Positions 1 to 9,142 of a DNA stretch of 64,000 nt are shown one piece after another. Within the stretch, counting starts at the first letter, position 1. Each line of letters opens with the position of its first letter. A program made the position numbers and the translations under genes. The notes under the pieces were generated by a model. That model worked only from the letters and a program-made list of their open reading frames with translations. It had not been told where the DNA came from and made no database searches. Origin of the DNA: Minisyncoccota bacterium (GTDB taxonomy: Bacteria > Patescibacteriota > Minisyncoccia > Phycocordibacterales > JBAYGS01); assembly GCA_041666545.1 (NCBI GenBank), contig JBAYGS010000006.1:1154-65153 (forward strand), given 5' to 3'.

Positions 1-11
1 AGCGGCTTTCC

Positions 12-707
12 TTAGGCATTATGATGCTTATCAGAAATCTCATGTCGCATCTTTTCCAGATAGCCGGAAGCAGCCTGTTGACCACCGAGACCGAAGGCCA
101 AACCAAAGCCCAAAGCCAAAGCTACAATCACACCAGTAAAGAGAGTTTGAATGAATTGAACAGCGATACCCAATTGGAGCAAAGCAGTCAAAACAGCAAA
201 AATCCAGATGGCCCATCTTGTGACAGCACCGAGGAAATTTGAAGACTTCATTTCGGCAGCCTTAGAAGCGCCGACAACAATCTTCTGCATAACATCAGCA
301 ACAACCACTCCAACCAAAAGAATCAGAACTGCCACGATAACTCGAGGCAAGTAGCCAAGAACATCGTTTAGGAAGGCGTTAACTTGAGTCAAATGAAGAA
401 CGTCAAGAGAGGCAACCAAAAAGACGATAATGAAGAACCACTTGACCAAAGCGCCGATGAAAGCGCCCGAATCCAAATTAAAGCCACCACGGTTGACTAG
501 GGTCTCAAAACCGGCGCTTCGCAAGGCGGTGTCAAGCTTGATCGAGCGAACGATTTGAGCAACAACTTTGCCCAAAAGCACGCCAACCAACCAACCAACG
601 ATGAAAATAATAAGGGCTACGACCAAATTTGGGATAAATTCGGCGACGCCTAGCCAAACATTCTGAAAGGATTGGCCGAGAACATTGCCCCAGGTTTCTA
701 ATATCAT
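12..707 (-). CDS. Integral membrane protein with conserved TM-helix repeats (MscS-related small membrane protein family)
   Basis: 231 aa. Repeated hydrophobic helices with the pattern (IVGWLVGVLLGKVV...IVRSIKLD) typical of the TM_helix repeat family. No other motif. Confidence 0.45.
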   Translation of the reverse strand: MILETWGNVLGQSFQNVWLGVAEFIPNLVVALIIFIVGWLVGVLLGKVVAQIVRSIKLDTALRSAGFETLVNRGGFNLDSGAFIGALVKWFFIIVFLVASLDVLHLTQVNAFLNDVLGYLPRVIVAVLILLVGVVVADVMQKIVVGASKAAEMKSSNFLGAVTRWAIWIFAVLTALLQLGIAVQFIQTLFTGVIVALALGFGLAFGLGGQQAASGYLEKMRHEISDKHHNA

Positions 708-902
708 AATTATTTATTAGTTAATGTCTGCGCATTTATTAAAGGAGCGCAGTTTAGTGTCAAAATTGATAATAATGTGGCCTTTCGGCCTGTCTGCATA
801 ATGATTGGCTTTGAAAATACAAAACCAAACGACCTTTTATGCTTTGTGCAATTATACCATTTTTAAGCCGATTTTTCGGAAATCTGTGGATAAAATAGAC
901 GA

Positions 903-947
903 GAAATGGCCCCAGAATGGCTGCGACAGCCATTCTGGGGCCATTTC
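903..947 (-). terminator. Long perfect hairpin (21-bp stem, GAAATGGCCCCAGAATGGCTG/CAGCCATTCTGGGGCCATTTC) just downstream of the stop of the 956..1585 gene
   Basis: Perfect inverted repeat followed on the minus strand by a T-rich stretch. Confidence 0.5.
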
Positions 948-955
948 TATTAGAA

Positions 956-1585
956 TTACTTGTAATTAACCCCAATATTATCGAGCAAGATCCGGTGCTG
1001 GTAATCAAAAATATCCCTGATTAGCTTGTCGCAGACCCCGATTCGGTACTTAAAGTCGGCCGTCTCCAAGACTGCATATTTAAGCTCCCGACCAATTTCC
1101 GACTCGACTGTTCGCATGGTCTGATCAATTGAGACCCGGTTCAGCCTGTCTCCCACCACCAACAAATCAATCCGGTTGTCATAATCTTGGACAAACACGC
1201 CGGCTACCGCCACCAACTTAATCCGACCGGACTTTTTCAGCCGTTTCAATAGTTGGTTTGAAACCGCCGGCGAAGTATCAAGAAGCAGGTTTTGGAGGGC
1301 GCTCAAATATCTAAATCTTTTGTCCAGAGTAAAGCCGGCCACCTTGCGCCTTTCGCTCTCCTTCTCGCCCTTGCGATTCCGAACTTCAACATCTTTTATA
1401 AAATTAGTCCTTTTCACCAGGCCGGTCTTCTCCAGACCTACAATCTCTGAACGGACAGGGTCCCTGGCCCCTTTCACCCGATGAGTGGCATCTTCCAAGG
1501 TAAAAGCTTCGTCAGGATTAAAGATAAAAAGCCGCATTAACTTGACCTTAATTGTATGACCAAACAGTCTTTCTAGAATTTCCAT
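956..1585 (-). CDS. Hypothetical protein. Possible N-terminal winged-helix plus minimal nucleotidyltransferase-like motif (GVFVQDYDNRIDLLVVGD)
   Basis: 209-aa ORF. hG[GS]...D.D-like motif near residue 135. The start codon abuts MITE copy 1. Confidence 0.4.
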   Translation of the reverse strand: MEILERLFGHTIKVKLMRLFIFNPDEAFTLEDATHRVKGARDPVRSEIVGLEKTGLVKRTNFIKDVEVRNRKGEKESERRKVAGFTLDKRFRYLSALQNLLLDTSPAVSNQLLKRLKKSGRIKLVAVAGVFVQDYDNRIDLLVVGDRLNRVSIDQTMRTVESEIGRELKYAVLETADFKYRIGVCDKLIRDIFDYQHRILLDNIGVNYK

Positions 1586-1779
1586 CCCGTTAGAAATAGG
1601 AAATGCTCAACGAACTCCCTTGTTGAAACATTTTTCTATTTGTTAGATCTAATAATAATTTACGCATATTAGACTTTTTGCGTAGGCATTTCCGTCTAAT
1701 CTCACTGGAACTAAACCCTTTCTCAATCTGACAATTAACCACCAAACTCCCGCCCTTGAAACAAAATATTTCTAACGGG
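1586..1779. mobile_element. MITE-like element copy 1 (194 bp). TIRs are CCCGTTAGAAAT at 1586-1597 and ATTTCTAACGGG at 1768-1779
   Basis: Perfect 12-bp TIRs (14 bp with the flanking AT). Flanking direct repeat TCCAT, which is ATGGA on the coding strand and contains the start codon of the 956..1585 gene. Internal stem AGGAAATGC (1599-1607) pairs with GCATTTCC (1686-1693). Confidence 0.6.
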
Positions 1780-2039
1780 ATCCATCCCAAAAGAATATTT
1801 AGTTGATAAGTATTAACAGTTTTTAAAAAACGAAAACCATAATTCATGCTTTCGACACGAACTTATATAGGCCCATGCGGCAAGGCCTCGGGGTATTAGA
1901 CCTATAGTTTGTCTTCGCTCGGACGCTGTGGACAATCAGAATTGCCCACGCGCTCCTCGCTAGCCAAAATAAAAATGAAACGAGCTGACCCACAAACTGT
2001 TAAGGTTATTGTAGCATCAGCCAAGCTTTTGGCTAAATA

Positions 2040-2067
2040 TTGACAAAATTTTACTGATATGTATTAT
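2040..2067 (+). promoter_or_regulatory. Sigma70-like promoter: TTGACA (2040-2045), 16-nt spacer, TATTAT (2062-2067)
   Basis: Consensus hexamers with 16-bp spacing upstream of the 2089 ATG (MKKIKIV...). Confidence 0.4.
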
Positions 2068-2088
2068 TGGCAACAGAAAGACCGCACC

Positions 2089-2412
2089 ATGAAAAAAATC
2101 AAAATTGTACTACCCCTTTGGGCGTGGGAAGGCATCCTACAGTCCTTCGCCTACGCCACAAAGATTACCCCGCCCAATGAAGAGTTGGACTCGCAGATTT
2201 TGCTCGCTGTCAGTACCGATTTGATGACGGCAATCCGGGAAGCAAAAGAGAAAGGCAACCCCGCAATCGAGCTCACCTACTCCGAACTGGTCTGGCGGAT
2301 TGCTATCGAGGTGATGGAAGTCTGGAATGGCGCCGATGAGGTGGACGCCACCTGCACCCGACGAGCTCTGCTCAAGGATCTGCGGGCGCAGATTAAAAAG
2401 CTCACCGACTAA
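2089..2412 (+). CDS. Hypothetical protein (ORF 2059..2412, start probably at 2089)
   Basis: ORF followed by an intrinsic terminator at 2424-2448. The predicted -10 overlaps the 2059 ATG, so the 2089 start is preferred. Confidence 0.4.
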   Translation: MKKIKIVLPLWAWEGILQSFAYATKITPPNEELDSQILLAVSTDLMTAIREAKEKGNPAIELTYSELVWRIAIEVMEVWNGADEVDATCTRRALLKDLRAQIKKLTD

Positions 2413-2423
2413 TTGAAACCCAA

Positions 2424-2448
2424 CCGAGGCCTCCTGCCTCGGTTTTTT
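2424..2448 (+). terminator. Rho-independent terminator (CCGAGGC-CTCCT-GCCTCGG followed by TTTTTT)
   Basis: GC-rich hairpin followed by a T-run directly after the 2412 stop. Confidence 0.6.
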
Positions 2449-2472
2449 AATGCACCAAAAAATCGCCCGGCT

Positions 2473-2502
2473 AAAACAAAAACTCCCCGCTGGGAGTTTT
2501 TG
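2473..2502 (-). terminator. Terminator for the rplJ-rplL transcript (AAAACTCCC-CGCT-GGGAGTTTT)
   Basis: Hairpin with a T-run on the minus strand, downstream of the rplL stop. Confidence 0.5.
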
Positions 2503-2588
2503 TTCGCCCGAACATTTTGCTTCACAAAATGTTTTAGGGCGATTTTTTGAATTTATTCTTGAATCCTGAATCCAGATTCCTGAATCTA

Positions 2589-2996
2589 CTACTTCAATTC
2601 GACCTTGCCTCCTGCTGCCTCGATATCTTTCTTGATCTTCTCGGCATCCTCCTTCTTGACACCTTCCTTCAACATTTTAGGAGCGGCATCTACCATGTCT
2701 TTAGCCTCTTTCAAACCAAGGCCCAAGACTTCCTTAACAATTTTAATGATGGCAATTTTGTTGGCACCGGCATCTTTGAGCTCAACGTTGAAAGTTGACT
2801 TCTCTTCCGCTGCGGCACCGCCGGCGGCCGGAGCAGCAACAGCAACAGCTGCGGCTGAAACACCGAACTTCTTTTCCAATAATTTGACCAGCTCGTTTAG
2901 ATCAACTACTGACATCTTGTCGATTGACTCAACAATGTCCTTAAACTTACTCGGGACCGCTACCGTAGCTTCAGCATTTTTTGTTTCCTCTAACAT
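2589..2996 (-). CDS. rplL: 50S ribosomal protein L7/L12
   Basis: 135 aa with an Ala-rich hinge ([18 protein letters not shown]) and the conserved C-terminal domain ([24 protein letters not shown]). Confidence 0.95.
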   Translation of the reverse strand: MLEETKNAEATVAVPSKFKDIVESIDKMSVVDLNELVKLLEKKFGVSAAAVAVAAPAAGGAAAEEKSTFNVELKDAGANKIAIIKIVKEVLGLGLKEAKDMVDAAPKMLKEGVKKEDAEKIKKDIEAAGGKVELK

Positions 2997-3131
2997 AGAA
3001 TTTTTATTAGTCTTTAATAATTCAAAATGGAAAAATCAAAGTGTAAAATGACAATGTAAAGCTAAAAACTAAAGAATTATTATTTTACATTTTGAATTGT
3101 CATTTTGATTTTTGAGATTTACATTTTACAT

Positions 3132-3632
3132 TTAAGCCGCTTTTTTCTTTGCAATTTCACTTAGTGCCATAACAAATCCTTGAATCGGACTGTTGATGAC
3201 GTTAACAAACTGCGCTCGCAGAGTCTGCATACCAGGGATAAGGGCGATGACTTTCATCTCCTCTTGGCCGATGAGCTTTCCCTCAAAAACGCCACCCATA
3301 ATTGAGATGACATCCTTGTGAGTCTTGCTGAATTCGTGAATACCTCGAGCTGGCGAAGTGATATCATCACCTTCTTTGAGATAGGCCAAAGCCATCTCGC
3401 CTTCCAAGGTCGGCAACTCCCCCTGTGTTTTGGTGTGCTCCAAAGCTTTTCGAGTCAAAGTCTTTTTCGCGACCAGATAGTTGACGCCAACTTTTCGCAA
3501 TTCATTGCGCAAAGCGGTGGCGTCAGCGACAGTCAATTTGTGAAAGTTCACAAAGACCACCGTTTTGGCCTCCTTGAAAATCTTTTTGAGACCTTCCAGA
3601 ATTTCACCTTTCTTCTGTTTTGATACTGCCAT
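3132..3632 (-). CDS. rplJ: 50S ribosomal protein L10
   Basis: 166 aa. L10 family signature. Lies immediately upstream of rplL. Confidence 0.95.
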   Translation of the reverse strand: MAVSKQKKGEILEGLKKIFKEAKTVVFVNFHKLTVADATALRNELRKVGVNYLVAKKTLTRKALEHTKTQGELPTLEGEMALAYLKEGDDITSPARGIHEFSKTHKDVISIMGGVFEGKLIGQEEMKVIALIPGMQTLRAQFVNVINSPIQGFVMALSEIAKKKAA

Positions 3633-3637
3633 ATTAA

Positions 3638-3679
3638 TTAGCTGTTAGCTGTTAGCTGTTAGCTGTTAGCTGTTAGCTT
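3638..3679. repeat. Tandem heptamer (TTAGCTG)x6, 8 nt upstream of the rplJ ATG
   Basis: Six perfect 7-bp units seen directly. Confidence 0.9.
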
Positions 3680-3984
3680 TTAGCCGGCAAAATCGCTGAC
3701 AAAAACTAACAAAAATCGACCTGTTAAGGCCGAAACAAAGAGAAACTCAGTTGAGAGTTTAAACCTCGGCAGGAGCTTATCGCTAGTTATAAAGTCTCAA
3801 GTTTATAAAGTTCTTCAAGTCCGAAGCAATTATCCGCGACTTTATGAACTTTTTAACTTGATGAACTTGTAACTAACTCGCCTGCTGTCTTTGGCCTTGT
3901 AAATGAAAGATTATCACAAGGCAGTTTTTTGTCAAACAGTTAAGAACCCTCACGAATAGGGCACACGAATATTAACCCCCTCTT

Positions 3985-4191
3985 TTATTGTTCAAAAAGT
4001 TGATACTGCCCTGCCGACTCAGGATGGCCGGTCTCGTAAATCCCAACAGCAAATACCAACGAAAGGCTCACTAATATAACCAGGGCGAAGCCAAAGAGAA
4101 ATTTGAAAAAGGTTTTGTCGAAGTAGCGCATGGAAAGATAGGTATTATGTATATAGTATAAGGTATATGGTATGAAGAAAAAAGGCCCCAA
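3985..4191 (-). CDS. Small hydrophobic hypothetical protein
   Basis: 68-aa ORF with one TM segment. Weak call. Confidence 0.25.
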   Translation of the reverse strand: MGPFFFIPYTLYYIHNTYLSMRYFDKTFFKFLFGFALVILVSLSLVFAVGIYETGHPESAGQYQLFEQ

Positions 4192-4288
4192 GCTTACGCT
4201 TAGGGCTTGCCTGACTCCGAGGGATTACTTCGCCGCACTAGGAAGAATGACTCAGCATTTTCATTTCGTAAAAATAGCACAGCTATCC

Positions 4289-7249
4289 CTAAAAAACAAT
4301 ATTATCCGCCTCGCTCGTTCCGTTGTCGTGAACATTTGACTCAGAATCAATGATGACTGAATCTTCTGAATCCAACATTACCCCGACTTCATTTCCAGTC
4401 ACTTCGGTATTTGAAATCTTTACCGGTTCATCTGGCCTATAAATATCAACTCCTGACCCATTAGTAAAACCGGAGATTGTTGAATCTTGGATTTCGACCG
4501 TACCTTTGTAAACCGACACCCCATCACTCTCGCCATTTTTCAGCACCGAGTTTTTAACCAGAACATCAGTATTATAGACAGAGATGGCATCCCCGCCAGA
4601 CACACCATCAATTGTCGAGGAAGACATTGTAAATTTACCACCGTAGACACCGACGGCGTCGGTCTGTAAAGTATTACTGATTGTCGAGGATGAGAGAGAA
4701 ATCGAGGCCAAATCATAACCCGAAACGGCTTCCCGCGTAGTACTAGCAAAGTTTAAATTATTGAGGACTGCCACACCGTTGTCATAGACCTCAATACCCG
4801 ACTCGTTATTAGTAAAATCTGTATCACTAATGTCCAAACGAGCGTTTCCGTAAACACTCACCCCTTCGAGATTTTCAAAATTAGCATTTGAAATTGTACT
4901 CGTGCCGATAGCATCCTTAAAATTGAGACTGCCAGCGTGACCACCATCGAATGCCTGAAAGGTTATTTCGTTATCGACCGTACCATTGGCCTGAAGTTGA
5001 CCAAAAAAATCCAGACTGCTTAAAGATTTAAACTTGATGATTGTCCCCGGCTCAATTGACAGCGTACTAGAAGCACTAACTTCTTGTTGATTGGTGACAA
5101 TATAAATGGACTCATCATCGCCGAGAGACAGGTCTGTGAGGATATCCTGGCCCTTATTAATGAGATAATTAACACTATTTCTTTCGCCTGGTGTCCCATT
5201 TATTTCATTGCTATCAGCATCCGAACCGTTCCTGATAAATCCCAAATTGGTACCCCAATTACTCAAGTTCAAACCACTTTCCATTGAGGCAAAACGCTCC
5301 ATGGTCGCTCGAGTGGTACTACTAACATTTGAACCGGCAGCCCAACCTCCGGAAGAAATTGCCGGCGTTTGGTCCAGAGTGGTCGAAGCGTAAGACAGGC
5401 TAAGCTGTTCCCCGTTGTTGCCGAGCGAACCGGTGTAAACTTGGTAGGCCAGAACATCAGTAATTGTATCGTCATTGGTCCGCTCGAAAACCAAATACTC
5501 GCGAGGCCTGATCACACCAGAGAGAGCGATGTGCGGTGTGCCAACAGTAGCCTGAATTTCCCACTGTGACAAATCAATCGTGTGGTCAGTATTGTTTTTA
5601 ATTTCCAGCCACTCATCACTCGCCGACGCCCCAGTGCCCATCCAGGCAATTTCGTTAATAGCAATGGGAATTGTGGCCACCGAAACGGTTTGTGTGCTAG
5701 TAGCGCTCGTTTGATTCAAAGTATCAACGGCCGAAACACCAAAAATGTAATCGCTAAAATCCGGTGCGACAACTTGAACGGCCGTTTCAGTGGTTGTTGA
5801 ATAGACGCCGTTCTGGTCAAGAGCGTAAAATTGGGCACCCTCAACCGGTGCCCAAGAAAACTGCAAGGTTGTGGTTGCCAAAAGACAGCCATCGGTCGCG
5901 AGCGAGGCCAGACATTGCGAACCGGTAAGACCGGGTGCCGGAGGTGGCGGCGAACTTAAATCATCTAACACCTCGGCCTCGACCGGAACCGCAACTGGGG
6001 GAGGTTTAAAAGGAATCCCTCCGCCATACCCGGGAATAATTGTCGGTCCGATAAAAATTAATTTTGGGCTTTCAGGCTCATCTACCAATTCAGAGTTTTG
6101 CTCCGAATCCTCTGGCGCTAAGGCAACGACAACGGGTTGATCCGAATTGGAGGCATTTGGAACCAAGACCCTTTCAGCTAAAATCCTATTCCTTGAATCA
6201 ATTATTGCTTGATCAATTCTCGCTTTATCAATCGCCGAGAGCGCCAATCCCACGTTGCCAGACAAAGCGACGCTGTCGGCTGAGCCGGCAAACACCGAGG
6301 AAATTGTGCTCGCCACAAAGTCTCCAAATTGAGCAAGCGTACTGAAAGTCCAGACCCCGGCCTTAGCAACAGCCAAGCCGCCTTGATAAAGACCGGAGAC
6401 AGTCGCCACCATCACCTTTTCAGTACCACCAAAAATTGGGTCGAAAACCCCGAACGCAACGCCTTTGGCAACCTGCTTGATTGAAAAAGCTGGTGAATCG
6501 ATACAAGGCTTATCGGCAACTTGAGTATCGTTATTTTTAAGCCTATCAAGCGCCTCTCGAATATCGCTCACAACCCGAGCGCCTTGATACTTTAAATAGA
6601 TTTGTGAAAAATCGTGCCGCCAGAATTCGTCTCCTTCGTGCACCGGAATCTCAATGTTGGGTGGTAAAATATTTCTTCCTAGAATCTTCCCGACAATTTT
6701 TGCAATTGCCAGATCATTGGTCGAAGTCAGATATTTTCCGCCTCCTGCCACTCGCCCAGACGGAGTTGCCACCCCGTAAACTCCGAGGGAGCCCTTGGGT
6801 ACTCCACCGGCTTGGTCGGCCACCACATCATAAAAATTGTTGGCATAAAAATTGCCCTGTGAGTGGGCAACAATTAACAGCTTTTGAGTTTGGACTTTCT
6901 CGCTCGCCACCTTCAGCATTTCGATCAAGTCATAGTCAACGACAGTCTCATTATCGTACAATCCTTGCTCAACAGTCTTCGCAAAATCCCCGCCTCCGCC
7001 AAGGTGTGATGGGTTCCAGAGAAAATCGACAACTACTCGCTCATTATTATATTTAGCAGGTAAAAGTTTTTTTAATGCATCTTTATTTTCTCTAGCACTA
7101 ACCTCATTAGTTAGAATCCCGTTTATTGTAAGAATGCTATAACCACTTATTTCACACCCGTCTTCAGCTTGTGCAAAAACTGATGATGAAAAGGCAAAAA
7201 ACAGTACAACCGAGGCAAAAATTACTTTTGTCAAAAAACTGAACATCAT
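4289..7249 (-). CDS. Secreted multidomain protein: alpha/beta-hydrolase (lipase-like AHSQG), lamin-tail domain, right-handed beta-helix (PbH1) repeats
   Basis: Signal peptide (MMFSFLTKVIFASVVLFFAFSSSVFA). IVAHSQGN nucleophile elbow. Pro-rich linker. LTD motif INEIAWMG...DEWLEIKN...DLSQWEI. C-terminal Asn/Gly-rich parallel beta-helix repeats. Confidence 0.7.
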   Translation of the reverse strand: MMFSFLTKVIFASVVLFFAFSSSVFAQAEDGCEISGYSILTINGILTNEVSARENKDALKKLLPAKYNNERVVVDFLWNPSHLGGGGDFAKTVEQGLYDNETVVDYDLIEMLKVASEKVQTQKLLIVAHSQGNFYANNFYDVVADQAGGVPKGSLGVYGVATPSGRVAGGGKYLTSTNDLAIAKIVGKILGRNILPPNIEIPVHEGDEFWRHDFSQIYLKYQGARVVSDIREALDRLKNNDTQVADKPCIDSPAFSIKQVAKGVAFGVFDPIFGGTEKVMVATVSGLYQGGLAVAKAGVWTFSTLAQFGDFVASTISSVFAGSADSVALSGNVGLALSAIDKARIDQAIIDSRNRILAERVLVPNASNSDQPVVVALAPEDSEQNSELVDEPESPKLIFIGPTIIPGYGGGIPFKPPPVAVPVEAEVLDDLSSPPPPAPGLTGSQCLASLATDGCLLATTTLQFSWAPVEGAQFYALDQNGVYSTTTETAVQVVAPDFSDYIFGVSAVDTLNQTSATSTQTVSVATIPIAINEIAWMGTGASASDEWLEIKNNTDHTIDLSQWEIQATVGTPHIALSGVIRPREYLVFERTNDDTITDVLAYQVYTGSLGNNGEQLSLSYASTTLDQTPAISSGGWAAGSNVSSTTRATMERFASMESGLNLSNWGTNLGFIRNGSDADSNEINGTPGERNSVNYLINKGQDILTDLSLGDDESIYIVTNQQEVSASSTLSIEPGTIIKFKSLSSLDFFGQLQANGTVDNEITFQAFDGGHAGSLNFKDAIGTSTISNANFENLEGVSVYGNARLDISDTDFTNNESGIEVYDNGVAVLNNLNFASTTREAVSGYDLASISLSSSTISNTLQTDAVGVYGGKFTMSSSTIDGVSGGDAISVYNTDVLVKNSVLKNGESDGVSVYKGTVEIQDSTISGFTNGSGVDIYRPDEPVKISNTEVTGNEVGVMLDSEDSVIIDSESNVHDNGTSEADNIVF

Positions 7250-7252
7250 ACT

Positions 7253-8338
7253 TTAATTAGGCAGTGTTGCTTTGTCTAGATCACACACTGCATTAGTAGA
7301 TTCCCCAAAACTACCTAATTTTTTATAAAAACTATCTCTTGCTGCCAGTCTAGGCTCAGTATTGAATTGAATCTTTTCAACAAACTTTACATACAAATCA
7401 ATTTTTTCTAAATCAGAATAATCCCTAGACGATTCTGCGGATTTTCTTGGAACTAACTGGTCGGCAAGGCAGGTATCTGCCCTACTTAACTCAGTTATAG
7501 CTTCGGTAACCGTCTCCGTATTAACAATCTCCTGTGTCATCTCCATCTGCAAAGCCAGAGCGTACTGCAAAAGTACTGCCCTAGTCTTAGCCGAATTTGG
7601 GTATTCTTTAAAAATCGCCAGCTCGACATCATCCCTAATCCCATTTTTATTCTCATCAATCCCCGCAATTGTCGCCTGAGCCGCCTCCGCCCCGGGCTCC
7701 GGCGGCAAATTCTTGCCCAACACATCATCAAGTGTCAATTTGGTCGTGTGAATTTTCACCACGGCAGCTTCAGTCCCCGGCCGCTCGAGTTCGGTCTGAA
7801 TGAAGTTAAAAATGCCAGGAGCCACGACTATAATCAAAATAACCCAAGGCCACTTCCAACCCTTTTTCAACATAACGGCGGCCGGGTCTGATTGAGACAA
7901 TTTATTTGCCCAGACTTGGCTACGCAATACGAAATAGAACGGCAAAATGATAACCGAGCTCGGCAGGGCCGATCCGACTCCCCACCAAGCCGGTCGCACC
8001 TCAATTCCATTCTTTTTCAGCTTACCGGCATCTCTCGCCACAAAAATCCCCAGTCCGACCGGAATCAAAATCAAACAAAAAGTGAGAAAGCCGACCGACA
8101 GCCAACCAGAGGAGGAAACCGGCCCGCCCACCAAAAGGGCGTAGTAACCTAAAGGATCAAGCCACTTCACAAAAAGTGCCCCAAGAGCGGCCAGGACTAA
8201 AGAAAAAATAAAAACCGCAAAAGTCGCGGCTAGACCCAAGAACACTTGCCACAAAATTAGAAAAAACTTTTTAACCGGAGGCTTTAAAAAAATATCCTCC
8301 ATACTTAGAAGTTGGCCACGATTAGACAATTGTACCAA
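7253..8338 (-). CDS. Membrane protein of unknown function (4 TM N-terminal region plus soluble C-terminal domain), co-oriented with the 4289..7249 gene
   Basis: 361-aa ORF whose stop lies 4 bp from the next start. Confidence 0.5.
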   Translation of the reverse strand: MVQLSNRGQLLSMEDIFLKPPVKKFFLILWQVFLGLAATFAVFIFSLVLAALGALFVKWLDPLGYYALLVGGPVSSSGWLSVGFLTFCLILIPVGLGIFVARDAGKLKKNGIEVRPAWWGVGSALPSSVIILPFYFVLRSQVWANKLSQSDPAAVMLKKGWKWPWVILIIVVAPGIFNFIQTELERPGTEAAVVKIHTTKLTLDDVLGKNLPPEPGAEAAQATIAGIDENKNGIRDDVELAIFKEYPNSAKTRAVLLQYALALQMEMTQEIVNTETVTEAITELSRADTCLADQLVPRKSAESSRDYSDLEKIDLYVKFVEKIQFNTEPRLAARDSFYKKLGSFGESTNAVCDLDKATLPN

Positions 8339-8368
8339 AGAAAACCCTCCAAACCGCGCAAATCTATG

Positions 8369-9142
8369 CCCTTGTGTGGATAACTTACATAAGACGGTCT
8401 TACGCGTAAGACCGTCTTATGTTATCATCCGAGGATGTTTAGAGACCTCAGTTTTGCCCCTGGAGAATTTTATCATCTATACAACCGCGGAGCTGACAAG
8501 CGTGAAATATTTCTGGAACCTTACGACTACGCCCGATTCACCAAATTTTTATATCTAGCAAATAGTGTCTCCCCTGTTAATTTGCGCGAAACGCCCTCAA
8601 ATGCTTTCAGTTTCGTCAAAAACGATACCCTTGTCGATATTGGCGCTTACTGCCTCATGCCAAACCACTTCCATTTACTCGTCAGAGAAAAGTCTGATGG
8701 AAATATCACAAAATTTATGCGGAAACTTTTGACCTCGCATTCTAAATATTTTAATAAAAAACACAAACGCTCTGGGACACTTTTTGAGGGCCGCTTTAAA
8801 GCCAAGCATGTCAATGGTGATGATTATTTGAAATACCTGCTAGCCTACATCCACCTGAATCCCGTCAAATTAATCGACTCAAAGTGGAAGGAAGACGGAA
8901 TTAAGGATATTGAAAAAGCTAAAAAACACTTAACGAATTACAAACACTCGAGCTACCTGGATTATCTGAATTCAAATCGAGAAGAAGAGAAAATCTTAAA
9001 CAAAAACGGCTTTCCCGAGTATTTTGAAACAGCTAAGGGTTTTCAGTCAATGATTAACAACTGGTTAGACTACAAAAACCTAGATTTTTAGCCGTAGTTG
9101 TCTTGCACAAGGGAGCCCTATGCCATAGGGCTCCCTTGTGTG
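8369..9142 (+). mobile_element. IS200/IS605-family or RAYT-like unit: Y1 HUH transposase gene flanked by perfect palindromes and a 10-bp direct repeat CCCTTGTGTG
   Basis: 34-bp perfect palindrome at 8387-8420 (CATAAGACGGTCTTACG/CGTAAGACCGTCTTATG). 35-bp palindrome at 9106-9140. CCCTTGTGTG at 8369-8378 and again at 9133-9142. Confidence 0.45.
8435..9091 (+). CDS. IS200-like or REP-associated tyrosine transposase (Y1 HUH, COG1943 family)
   Basis: YHLYNRG near the N-terminus. HUH motif in AYCLMPNHFHLLV. Family-typical LFEGRFKAK, YIHLNPVK and SSY near the C-terminus. Confidence 0.8.
   Translation: MFRDLSFAPGEFYHLYNRGADKREIFLEPYDYARFTKFLYLANSVSPVNLRETPSNAFSFVKNDTLVDIGAYCLMPNHFHLLVREKSDGNITKFMRKLLTSHSKYFNKKHKRSGTLFEGRFKAKHVNGDDYLKYLLAYIHLNPVKLIDSKWKEDGIKDIEKAKKHLTNYKHSSYLDYLNSNREEEKILNKNGFPEYFETAKGFQSMINNWLDYKNLDF

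Noticed and set aside
1590-1847. 85-aa ORF on the minus strand
   Set aside because: It lies entirely inside MITE copy 1 and its flank. Its start falls in the TIR. It has no coding character.
4487-6345. Multiple short plus-strand ORFs inside the 4289..7249 gene, and similar antisense ORFs inside ftsK, ileS, argS and copA
   Set aside because: They are antisense to long, well-supported genes and show no independent signals.
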